Shown here: piece by piece, positions 37,913-47,273 of the stretch
How positions within the stretch are numbered: position 1 is the first letter of the stretch
Layout of the letters: the number at the start of each line of letters is the position of its first letter
Assembly (NCBI GenBank): GCA_031259085.1
Contig: JAIRMA010000041.1
Coordinates: 1,116 to 65,115, forward strand
Reading direction: 5' to 3'
Length of the DNA: 64,000 nt
Origin: Christensenellaceae bacterium
Lineage (GTDB): Bacteria > Bacillota > Clostridia > Christensenellales > DTU072
Program-made: the position numbers and the translations under genes
Notes under the pieces: model-generated
The model's input: the letters and a program-made list of their open reading frames with translations, nothing else
The model's database searches: none
What the model was told of the DNA's origin: nothing

Positions 37913-38112
37913 CTAAATTACAAGGGTTTAATAAAATTTTTACTTGTTTTGCCTATTTTTCATAGTTTTTATACAATTGCCCCGCTTAATGTTATTTAAC
38001 GCGTATATTTGATTTGATTATCTTTGTTAAATAAGCTAGCAGTAAGGGTTATAAGTTATTTATTAATAAACTGCTTTATATTTAAGATAAAAACTGCGTA
38101 TTTACTTTTGAC

Positions 38113-38361
38113 CTATTCGTTCAATAGTTCGTATAATTCATCAGCTTTTTCTTTTGAAACATTTCCATTTGGAATTTCTTTAACCTTGAATTTAGCTATT
38201 TTATCACCAAAACGAATGGATATAATATCACCAACTTTTACAACTCTAGATGGTTTTGCGGGAAGTGCATTTATCAGAACCCGATTCACATCGCATGCTT
38301 CGTTAGCTACTGTGCGCCTCTTTATAATTCTTGAGACTTTTAAAAATTTATCTAATCTCAT
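38113..38361 (-). CDS. rqcP: S4-domain RNA-binding protein, RqcP/YabO (Hsp15-like) family
   Basis: The 82-aa protein MRLDKFLKVSRIIKRRTVANEA... closely mirrors the B. subtilis YabO/RqcP N-terminus (MRLDKFLKVSRLIKRRT). Confidence 0.8.
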   Translation of the reverse strand: MRLDKFLKVSRIIKRRTVANEACDVNRVLINALPAKPSRVVKVGDIISIRFGDKIAKFKVKEIPNGNVSKEKADELYELLNE

Positions 38362-39594
38362 ATAATACCTCCATACTTTAAAAATTATGATTTTATCTTA
38401 ACTTAAATTAATTTAATACATTGTATCCTATTTCTGAAAAACATCTTCACTTAATTCATCTCCATGATTATTCTCTCTAAAACACACGTCTTAAAGATTG
38501 CTAATTCTCATGAATGATGTATAACCATTATAACCGCAGGAGCTAAAAGCATCATGTTATTTTGCTTTGCAATATAAAATATATCGTGACTATAGCATAT
38601 ATTTATTTTTAAACATTTTGCTGGCAATCATACTTGTTTAGTACTGTTTATGACCTGTATTTTACAGTTGAATTGTTCATACCATTCCTAAATATCTTTA
38701 AAAATTTAGACATATAAAAGAATATTAAATTTAATTAACATCAAAATTTCAGATTTCTTCATTCTATAATAGTGCCCTCTTAACTTGGGGTTTTTATTCC
38801 TTTGTTAATTTTACAAGCGTCCAAATTCTGCGATGTAATTGAAATCCCATTTTTGTTACCACCGCATCAATTACACAGTCACAAAAGATGGATTATCATA
38901 AATATCAATATGCTCCTTAAGATATCCAATATCATGGATGGATTTAAACTGTTTTTATTTGTATGCTATTAACATACTACTCTATTACTCACAAATAAAC
39001 GCTCTTTTTTCGGTTACATACGTTGAGATACATACTAAAACCCCAGATGTTATTGAATGATTATTTCTACACAACAAATCAATATTTATAGCGCAAATTT
39101 GTCTTATTATTATAACATAAAATGCGAATTAAGCTATACAATTATCATAATTAAGGCGGATTTAGGCGCTTTTTCAGTTTTGTCCAAGTAGTACTCATGC
39201 CTTTCTTCTTGCTCCGCATTATCCCACTGCCCTCTGTTCTCAGATTCAAGCCTCCAACTACTGTTGTAACTGCCCGAATTAAACCAAATACCCGTAGTAT
39301 AATCCTTGTCAGTCAATGAAGCGGCATGCTCAGTAGTGCCACCCTATCAACATGATTATATAACAAAATTCTTTATATTGTTGGTTTGTGTTTTAGCATT
39401 AATAAATCAGTATTGTTATTATTATAATTATATGTTATAATAAAGCAAAATTAATTTTAATTAATTTTGTGCTGATATTTCACACTAAAAGCACGTTTTT
39501 TGTTTTAACTAGTGTAACTATTGTATTGCTACTAATCTCTACCTGAAAATATCCCTAACCATGTTTGCCATGTTCATAAAGGAGTTTGCATATC

Positions 39595-41002
39595 ATGACT
39601 GATGAAAAGCTTTCTTTTAGAAAAGAACATAAATTCCTTATTGATCAAACTCAAAAATGTAAACTAGTTAATTTGTTATCTTGCATTTCTATAAACGGCG
39701 ATTCTCCTCGTTGTTATGCAATCAAATCAATCTATATTTCAACATACAAAAGTGCTGATAGTTCAGGCAAATTAAGACTAAGAATTTATATGGATCCTAA
39801 AAACAATGATCACATACATAACATATTTTTAGAGGAAAAATTCAAGGTTAGCTCTAAATCTTCCAAAAAAAGATGGGAAATCTCAACTGACACTTTCACT
39901 AAAATTATTCAAGCAAAAACATTGAATATTGTAAAATCTATTTTGGGTGAATTGAATATAACTATATCTGACTTGTATTTTTTAGATGAAAATATAAATT
40001 TCATTTCATTTCAATATGTGCGCAATGCTTTTATTATAAAAAAAAGAGCTGATTTTGTATATAGAATCACAATAGATTCAGATTTTAAATATTATCTCAA
40101 AAATGAAGAAATCAATCTCGCCAATCCCTTAACTATTTTAGAAATTAAAAGCGATAAACCTCTTGAACTTTTAGAATTAGATACAGATATTAATTTATTC
40201 AAAACTAAATTTTCTAAATACTCGTATTTTTCCAATCTTGTTAATGCAGAGCAACCCTTGTCGCTAGTACAATATGATGGATTCGAAGATGAAATTAAGA
40301 TATTAGTCTCCAACCACCAAAATTATTACACTGAGATGCTAAAAGCCTTAGATCAATACGGTTTTATTCTAAAAAAATTTAAAAATAAACATTATAACGA
40401 CATTTATTTCGATCCTGATGATGATTTCTTATACAAAAACAATTACACATACAGAATCCGAAATTATATTTCCTCGGCAGAGAATATTTTGAATTTTAAA
40501 ACTCCACCGCCCCCCCGAAATTAATGATTATCTTGAAAGGCGCGAACACAAATGTATTTTATCACCAATTGAAAAAGACTTTGATGACGTTTTTTCAATG
40601 GATTGCAAAATTAACCAACTTTTAAAAACAATATTAACAGAACACAATCATGATCTGAATTTGCATAAACATTTTATAATTGAAACAAACCGTGAGGCTT
40701 TTCGTTTATTTGATAAGTTTAAATGGATGGAGGATGGCACCGAATATGGATTAGGAGTGCTTACAATTGATCACGGAAAAATTATAACAAACGAAAAAAT
40801 TGTTAAACTCCCTATTCATATAGAGATAGAGTTTTTAATGAGTTTTTACAGCAACCATAATTGGACTGATGAAAGCCTGCGACATATAGAGCGATTAAAT
40901 AAAGTCATCAGTGCACTTGCTCAAAAAGGGATAAATACTACAAAAACTAATAAATACACCATAGCGTGCAAGCTATTAAAAGGTGAAAATTATGAAATTT
41001 AG
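39595..41002 (+). pseudogene. VTC-like + CYTH (triphosphate tunnel metalloenzyme) two-domain gene, interrupted by a +1/-1 frameshift at a C7 tract
   Basis: ORF 39586-40524 carries VTC-type features (FRKEHKFLI, KSIYISTY, LRLRIY, FLEEKFK, RITIDSDF, TILEIKSD, FSKYSY). A second domain then opens with an ExExK motif (FEDEIKI) and YFDPDDDFLYKNNYTYRIRN. The ORF stops just after CCACCGCCCCCCC. The next frame is open across the junction (RPPEINDYLERREHKC...) and continues into ORF 40598-41002 (...LTIDHGKI...IHIEIEF). Confidence 0.6.
40510..40516 (+). other. homopolymeric C7 tract at the frameshift point
   Basis: A run of seven C at 40510-40516 in an otherwise AT-rich gene. Removing one C fuses the two ORFs in frame. 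Confidence 0.8.
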
Positions 41003-41648
41003 AACAGAAAATGAAATTACATTTATCTTTAATAATGACTGCAACCAGTTAATTCTAGACAAACTAAAGGAATTAGAGGTAAGTTATAGTGTCAAGTTTA
41101 CAAACAAAACAATCCTCGAGATTTATATTAACACTGCTGAGTATTTCAAGGAAAAATTTGTTGTTTCAAAAAATGGTCAATTTTTTGAGGGTAAATACAT
41201 AACAAAAAAACTAATCCCTAATAGCAATGTTATGAGCTATACTGAAAATTCCATATCAAAATGGGAGCCTTTTATTTTTAATGGTATATCAACAAATTGT
41301 ATTATATTAAAAAGGAAAACCCAACTCCTAACAAACTCAGGATATGTCATAACTTTCACTGAACTGCTTAATCCAACGATTCCTGAACGTAAATATTATT
41401 ATGTAGAAATAGAATCTAGAGAATTATTTTCTCCTGACAATTCTATTGTGAATATTCTTTATAATGTTATGCAAACAACTGGCGGACACGAATTAACTGT
41501 TGCTGATTCAAAAATATCTAAATGCAAAATGCATACTACATTCATACCTTTATCAAGTTATCAAGACGTTATTGAATTCTTTAATAAATATTCTGCCTGT
41601 GAAAGAGATGATGCGTTATTATGGATAAACAAACAAAAAAATGTCTAG
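40983..41648 (+). CDS. hypothetical protein, possible third CYTH-like domain
   Basis: 221 aa overlapping the preceding ORF end. The N-terminal FRTENEITF is a degenerate ExExK position, and YYYVEIESRE resembles the late EIE strand of CYTH folds. The assignment is weak. Confidence 0.45.
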   Translation: MKIMKFRTENEITFIFNNDCNQLILDKLKELEVSYSVKFTNKTILEIYINTAEYFKEKFVVSKNGQFFEGKYITKKLIPNSNVMSYTENSISKWEPFIFNGISTNCIILKRKTQLLTNSGYVITFTELLNPTIPERKYYYVEIESRELFSPDNSIVNILYNVMQTTGGHELTVADSKISKCKMHTTFIPLSSYQDVIEFFNKYSACERDDALLWINKQKNV

Positions 41649-41803
41649 TCAAAGGCAAAATTATAGTCCATGGAAAACTCAGTAAAATTGCATTTTCCAC
41701 GAAAAGCAAGCCTGGCGACGGTTTATATGCTTGTTAGAAAAAAGGCGGCCGTCAAATCTAATTTGTATACCTTTTTATAAACAGCTTTTTGTAAGAATTT
41801 CTT

Positions 41804-42700
41804 TTGCTTGCATTTTTTCAAATGACATTCTCTAATCTAATTGACAAATATGCAAGACCGAATGAAGCAGTCACCATCACATTAAGCGGTGAATTAGATT
41901 CAGCTGTTGTTCTAGTACCAACAATTGACACAGGTTATTCCAATACAGAAGCTTTTAATTTATCATTCAAAGATAGTAAAATGGCACGACTTTCTGATGA
42001 AGTTATAGTAGAAAAGTTAGCGTCTCATTTTGACATAAAGCTTCATATCTTATATGGTGATGATAATTTTCATTATGATTTCCTTGATGTCGACGAAATA
42101 TAAACCAATTGCATCGAAGAAATTAACGGACCAGCTCAATTAGGTTGTTCAAGGTTTTATGGAGAAATTTCAAAACTAATTAGAAACCGCTGTGAAATTG
42201 TGTCTGGTGGTGATGGAGGTGATATACTATTTAATGGTACTAAATTTTGCGGAGACTATTTGATTAAAAACAGCCATTTTAGAGTTGCTAAAGAAAGAAG
42301 TTCCTATCTTTCACAGAAAAAAATAATTAGGAGGTTCATCAAATATAATGTAATCCCTTTTGTGCCCTTTATAAAAGATTGTTTTTACACTAAATATTTC
42401 TGGAGCGATGAAATTTCTTATCCAAATCCCAAATTCATGAATAATAAAAACTATAAACTAAAGACTTTTTTAAAAGACAAAAATAAACTCATTAAAAGTA
42501 GTGCATTTTGCAACACTTGAGCACAAAGATACATTTACAATTTTACGTTCTTTGTAGCTCCTACCAAAAATGATTTCTTTTATTTCAATCATTCCAATCC
42601 GCTCCTTGATTATGAAATTTTTAACTTTGCTTTCAAAATCTCCCCTTATCTCCATTATCCTATTTTCTTAGTGATATGATTTCGACGAAAATACCGCTTT
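41804..42700 (+). pseudogene. asparagine-synthetase-like PP-loop ATP pyrophosphatase domain, disrupted (in-frame TAA plus a later frameshift; no glutaminase domain seen)
   Basis: VTITLSGELDSAVVL is a degenerate SGGxDS PP-loop. The same frame resumes after a single TAA at 42104-42106 with VSGGDGGDILFNG (compare GxGGDELFgGY). After 42520 further AsnB-like text appears only in another frame. Confidence 0.5.
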
Positions 42701-42852
42701 ATAAACTGACGCGCATATTTAACTTAGATGATATTTGCAACAGTGTTAAATTAAAAAACACCACTATGGTATAAGAGTTTTGACAATCCTATATAATATT
42801 AATAATTATTTTAGAAATCGATGGAAAACTTTTGAAACATCATTTATATTTC

Positions 42853-42881
42853 TTGACAAAAAGTAAAGTTTTCATTACAAT
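42853..42881 (+). promoter_or_regulatory. sigma-70-type promoter TTGACA-17 nt-TACAAT of the aromatic amino acid operon
   Basis: Hexamers at 42853-42858 and 42876-42881. Confidence 0.6.
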
Positions 42882-42888
42882 AGTAAGT

Positions 42889-42957
42889 ATGATTTCATAT
42901 TCAAACTTTTTTTCACGCACATATTTTTCTTTCTGGGGCTACTTTAGTAACTTCTAA
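42889..42957 (+). CDS. candidate aromatic-rich leader peptide MISYSNFFSRTYFSFWGYFSNF
   Basis: A 22-codon ORF starting 7 nt after the -10 box. It has 7 Phe, 3 Tyr and 1 Trp, and ends in TAA at 42955-42957. It is followed by a terminator hairpin and then aroF. Confidence 0.55.
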   Translation: MISYSNFFSRTYFSFWGYFSNF

Positions 42958-43004
42958 TTTTGTGCGCGGTGATTTTTTGGATATACTATGTTTTAGAAAA
43001 TTTG

Positions 43005-43030
43005 AGCCGCTAATAGCGGCTTTATTTATA
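43005..43030 (+). terminator. intrinsic terminator / attenuator hairpin in the aro leader
   Basis: AGCCGCT-AAT-AGCGGCT gives a 7-bp GC-rich stem, followed by TTTATTTATAT. It lies about 60 nt before the aroF start. Confidence 0.55.
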
Positions 43031-43088
43031 TATTGCTTATTCTAGAGGGAAAATAATCTAAACAACATACTTATTTTTGGAGGCAGTC

Positions 43089-44105
43089 ATGATTCTTGTT
43101 ATAAAGAATGACAGTCAGACTCGACAATTAGATAATCTTATATCCTGGATTAAAAGTCTTGGGCTTAACGTACATCTAAGTCATGGTGAAAATTGTACAA
43201 TAATGGGCATAATTGGTGATACATCTCTTTTAGATATTGATCTTATTAACTCTCTAGACATTGTTGAAACAGTTAAACGTATTTCAGAACCCTATAAAAA
43301 ATCAAATAGAAAATTCCATCCTCAGGACACAATAATCGAAGTTGATCAAGCTAAATTTGGTGGTAAAAACTTTGCTGTAATTGCAGGACCTTGTTCTGTT
43401 GAAAGTGAAGAACAGATAATATCTATTGCTAGAGACGTAAAAGCCGCAGGGGCTACCGCGTTGCGTGGTGGTGCGTTTAAGCCAAGAACATCTCCTTATG
43501 CATTTCAAGGGCTCCGCGCGGACGGAATCCGTTTGCTTTTACTAGCAAAAAAAGAATGTGGTCTGCCAATTGTAACCGAAATCATGAGTGTCACGCATCT
43601 AGATATGTTTTCTGATGTTGATATTATTCAGATCGGCGCCCGCAATATGCAAAACTTTGAGCTCCTAAAAGAAGTGGGGAGGCTAAATAAGCCCATACTT
43701 TTAAAACGCGGACTTGCCAATACAATGGAAGAATGGATCATGAGTGCAGAATATATCATGGCAGAAGGCAATAGTAGAGTGATTTTATGTGAACGCGGGA
43801 TACGCACTTTTGAACATTACACACGTAACACGCTGGATTTATCTGCTATTCCTTTAGTAAAGGAGTTCACTCATTTGCCTGTAATCGTCGATCCATCACA
43901 TGCGTCTGGGCTTTCTAGACTTGTCAGACCATTATCCTTAGCATCCGCTGGCGTTGGTAGTGACGGATTGATCATTGAAGTTCACAACAATCCAGAAAAG
44001 GCTCTTTGTGATGGGCCTCAATGCATAAGACCAGCGCAATTTGCTGATATTATGAATAGAATAAAAGTAATTCTTCCACTTGTTGGTAAGGAGTGTTCTT
44101 TTTAA
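43089..44105 (+). CDS. aroF: 3-deoxy-7-phosphoheptulonate (DAHP) synthase, type I-beta, with an N-terminal ferredoxin-like regulatory domain
   Basis: The catalytic core has AGPCSVES, RGGAFKPRTSPY, KRG and DPSH motifs, preceded by a ~75-aa extra domain. The start at 43089 follows GGAGG. Confidence 0.9.
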   Translation: MILVIKNDSQTRQLDNLISWIKSLGLNVHLSHGENCTIMGIIGDTSLLDIDLINSLDIVETVKRISEPYKKSNRKFHPQDTIIEVDQAKFGGKNFAVIAGPCSVESEEQIISIARDVKAAGATALRGGAFKPRTSPYAFQGLRADGIRLLLLAKKECGLPIVTEIMSVTHLDMFSDVDIIQIGARNMQNFELLKEVGRLNKPILLKRGLANTMEEWIMSAEYIMAEGNSRVILCERGIRTFEHYTRNTLDLSAIPLVKEFTHLPVIVDPSHASGLSRLVRPLSLASAGVGSDGLIIEVHNNPEKALCDGPQCIRPAQFADIMNRIKVILPLVGKECSF

Positions 44106-44965
44106 TGAACATTGGAATCATCGGCTTAGGGTTAATCGGAGGTAGCATAGGGCGCGCCTTAATCAAGAAAACTGATCATGTCGTATATGGTTATGACACT
44201 TCATCTGATACTATGCTAAAAGCTAGTTTTCTGCCTGCAATCAACCATCCACTAACCGATTCTGATTATATTTGTCTAGATGTCTTAATTATCGCACTCA
44301 ACCCAGATGCTTTCGTGTCAGTTGCTAAAAACATTATACCAAAGTTAAAAAATGATGCCATAGTTATTGATATAGCTGGTAACAAAAGTAAGGTCTTAAA
44401 CGAAATGCGAAAGCTTGCTCTTGATTATCCTCTGATTAATTTTATAGGGACACATCCAATGGCAGGCAGGGAATATAGTGGAATCAATCATTCAACCCCA
44501 TACTTGTTTGAAAAGGCATCAATATTATTAATACCTCTGTCACAAGAGATATCCAAAATATCACTTTTGAAAATGCTTTTGTTATCAATCGGATTTAGTG
44601 ATGTTATAATAACAACCGATAAGATTCATGACAAAATAATCGCATATACGTCCCAGTTAGCACACATTATTTCTTCTAGTTATATTAAGTCTCCTACCGC
44701 AATAATTCATGACGGATATTCAGCTGGAAGTTTCAAGGATATATCTAGGGTAGCTCGTTTAAACGCTGACATGTGGGCAGAACTAATGACAGATAATTCG
44801 GATAATTTATTGTTTGAATTAGATCATTTTATTGCGAGTTTGAACGAATATAGACAAGCACTTACATCAAATAAGCGAGATCAACTTCGAGATCTTTTAC
44901 AGACTGGATCAGATATAAAGACTGCCATAGATAAGACTTCACGTGAATATAAAAGGAAATTATAG
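44105..44965 (+). CDS. tyrA: prephenate dehydrogenase
   Basis: MNIGIIGLGLIGGSIG Rossmann motif and GTHPMAGRE catalytic His region. The start forms a TAATG overlap with the aroF stop. Confidence 0.88.
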   Translation: MNIGIIGLGLIGGSIGRALIKKTDHVVYGYDTSSDTMLKASFLPAINHPLTDSDYICLDVLIIALNPDAFVSVAKNIIPKLKNDAIVIDIAGNKSKVLNEMRKLALDYPLINFIGTHPMAGREYSGINHSTPYLFEKASILLIPLSQEISKISLLKMLLLSIGFSDVIITTDKIHDKIIAYTSQLAHIISSSYIKSPTAIIHDGYSAGSFKDISRVARLNADMWAELMTDNSDNLLFELDHFIASLNEYRQALTSNKRDQLRDLLQTGSDIKTAIDKTSREYKRKL

Positions 44966-44973
44966 GAACATCA

Positions 44974-46017
44974 ATGGAAAAAATACTTGTAACCACATCA
45001 TCTGAAAATTATCAAGTAACTATAGGACCAGATCTCCTAAAAATGGCTTCGGATTTTACAGGCGTGAAGCTACATGCTTTTTCTAAAGTAGCAATTCTAA
45101 CTGACACTACAGTTGATCCTCTTTATTCTAATACACTTATCTCATCACTAAATTCAACTCAATGTGCTGTTTATAAATATATCATACCAAGTGGCGAGCG
45201 CAGTAAATCAATTATACAATATGAAAAGATATTGAATTTCCTAGCTGACAATAATTTTACACGACAAGATGTCCTTTTAGCTCTTGGTGGAGGCGTTGTT
45301 GGTGATTTAGGTGGATTTGTTGCAGCGACATTCAAGAGAGGCATAAATTATATCCAGGTGCCAACTACGCTTCTATCCATGATAGATTCATCAGTAGGCG
45401 GTAAAACTGGAATTAACCTCTCTAGTGGCAAAAATTTTGTAGGTGCTTTTTATCAGCCTCGATCAGTCATAGCAGACACAAATACTTTAAAAACCCTACC
45501 AGCTATAGAATTGATTAATGGATTAGGGGAATTGATTAAGTATGGGATATTAGCTGGTTATAATATATTCAGTGCTATTACTAAAGACAATTATTTGTCA
45601 CAAGAAACTCTAGCTAAATGCATTCAATATAAGGCAGAAATCGTACGCATCGATGAAAAAGAAAAAAATCAGAGAATGCTTCTTAATTTGGGGCATACAA
45701 TTGGCCATGCTATAGAAAGACTGTCTGAATACACAATCCCACACGGGCTTGCGGTTGGCATTGGTATTTCAATAATTGCCAAAGCTTGTTATAAGAACTC
45801 TCTTTTATCAAAAAGCGATTATCTTAAAATCTCAGATTGTCTTACAATATTTAATATCCCATTGGAATCTGAATTTGATATGAAGAGTCTAATAAATGCA
45901 AGCTTAGGAGACAAAAAGGTTATAAATAATAATTTTAATTTAGTTATTATACGGCAGATTGGTGTTTGCGAAATATTGCCTTTATCACTAGATGACTTTA
46001 GGGAGTTCTTTTTATGA
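44974..46017 (+). CDS. aroB: 3-dehydroquinate synthase
   Basis: GGGVVGDLGGFVAATFKRGI, DSSVGGKTGIN and LNLGHTIGHAIE motifs. Confidence 0.9.
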   Translation: MEKILVTTSSENYQVTIGPDLLKMASDFTGVKLHAFSKVAILTDTTVDPLYSNTLISSLNSTQCAVYKYIIPSGERSKSIIQYEKILNFLADNNFTRQDVLLALGGGVVGDLGGFVAATFKRGINYIQVPTTLLSMIDSSVGGKTGINLSSGKNFVGAFYQPRSVIADTNTLKTLPAIELINGLGELIKYGILAGYNIFSAITKDNYLSQETLAKCIQYKAEIVRIDEKEKNQRMLLNLGHTIGHAIERLSEYTIPHGLAVGIGISIIAKACYKNSLLSKSDYLKISDCLTIFNIPLESEFDMKSLINASLGDKKVINNNFNLVIIRQIGVCEILPLSLDDFREFFL

Positions 46018-47273
46018 TACTAAAATTTAATCCAGCGTTCCTCTCTGGTGTCGTTAACATGCCACCCTCTAAATCATATCTACACAGGCTTTTGATCGTC
46101 GCGGCTCTCTCCGACAAATCAACACAAATAATAGGTAAATCCGACGCAGAAGACGTCCTTGCTACCATATCTTGTTTGAGATCCCTTGGTGTAATTATAA
46201 CTGAAAATTCAACTGGTTATATAGTTAATCCAATTTGGAATAATTTGCAAAATATTACTCAGTTAGATGCAAACGAGAGTGGATCCACTTTTCGATTTTT
46301 AATCCCCGTCATAGCATCATTGAATTTGAAAAGTTGCCATTTCACAGGTAGCGAGCGATTATTAGAGCGTCCAATATTGGATTTGATACAATCACTAAAA
46401 GCGCACAATGCCAATATTGAATATGATCAGACTGGAATATATATATCATCAAGACTATCGCCTGGTAGATTCATAATTCGCGGGGACATAAGCTCACAAT
46501 TCATAACAGGTGTCCTTTTTGCCTGCCCTTTACTTAATGGCGATAGCGAAATAGTTATCACGGGGAAGAGACAAAGCCAGAGTTATATTGATTTAACAAT
46601 TGAGATTATGCAGAAATTCGGAATCAAAATTTCAACAACACCTGATGGTTATTATATTGCAGGTGGGCAAGTATATACATCCCCCTATTTTGTAAAAGCT
46701 GAGGGAGATTGGTCTAATGCGGCATTCTGGTTAGTGGCTGGCGCACTAAACGGAGACATTATTGTAAACGGATTAAATTTGCACTCAACCCAAGGAGATC
46801 GTGCCATTTTTAATATATTAAAAGCTGGAGGGGTTAATATTTTTATAACCGAAACTAATGGTGTGCATGTAAAACAGTCTGTCGTTTATCCGTTTTCTTG
46901 TGACCTCGCAAATATTCCTGATTTGGGTCCAATATTGTCAATATTAGCAACTGCAATCATTGGTAATTGTACACTCACAAATATCGAAAGACTACGTCTA
47001 AAGGAATGTGATCGAGTAATGGCTATAGAGGAAACTTTAGATCGCTTAAAAATTCATGCCTTTACTGATGTAAATAGCTTAACCATAACAGGCGGTCAAA
47101 TGCAAGGAGCCACTTTGAAAGGTTATAACGATCATCGAATGGTTATGAGTGCAGCAGTGGCGGGCTCAGTAGTGCCCATTATTCTAACTGGTGCTAATGC
47201 TTTCAAAAAGAGTTATCCCTCTTTTTTTGAGGTATATGAGAGTCTAGGAGGCAATTATGAGACTATGGAATAA
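46014..47273 (+). CDS. aroA: 3-phosphoshikimate 1-carboxyvinyltransferase (EPSP synthase)
   Basis: PPSKSYLHR, ESGSTFRF, LKECDR and DHRMVMS motifs. 4-nt overlap with aroB. Confidence 0.9.
   Translation: MILKFNPAFLSGVVNMPPSKSYLHRLLIVAALSDKSTQIIGKSDAEDVLATISCLRSLGVIITENSTGYIVNPIWNNLQNITQLDANESGSTFRFLIPVIASLNLKSCHFTGSERLLERPILDLIQSLKAHNANIEYDQTGIYISSRLSPGRFIIRGDISSQFITGVLFACPLLNGDSEIVITGKRQSQSYIDLTIEIMQKFGIKISTTPDGYYIAGGQVYTSPYFVKAEGDWSNAAFWLVAGALNGDIIVNGLNLHSTQGDRAIFNILKAGGVNIFITETNGVHVKQSVVYPFSCDLANIPDLGPILSILATAIIGNCTLTNIERLRLKECDRVMAIEETLDRLKIHAFTDVNSLTITGGQMQGATLKGYNDHRMVMSAAVAGSVVPIILTGANAFKKSYPSFFEVYESLGGNYETME

Noticed and set aside
39134-39316. A 60-aa minus-strand ORF in a small GC-richer patch within the 1.2-kb non-coding stretch (MTDKDYTTGIWFNSGSYNSSWRLE...)
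   Set aside because: It may be a fragment of a decayed gene. There is no start context, no recognisable family and no partner fragments that I could order, so it is too weak to annotate.
42470-42655. A 61-aa minus-strand ORF after the AsnB-like remnant
   Set aside because: It overlaps plus-strand text that still resembles the AsnB C-terminal region in another frame. There is no RBS, so it is probably a chance ORF.
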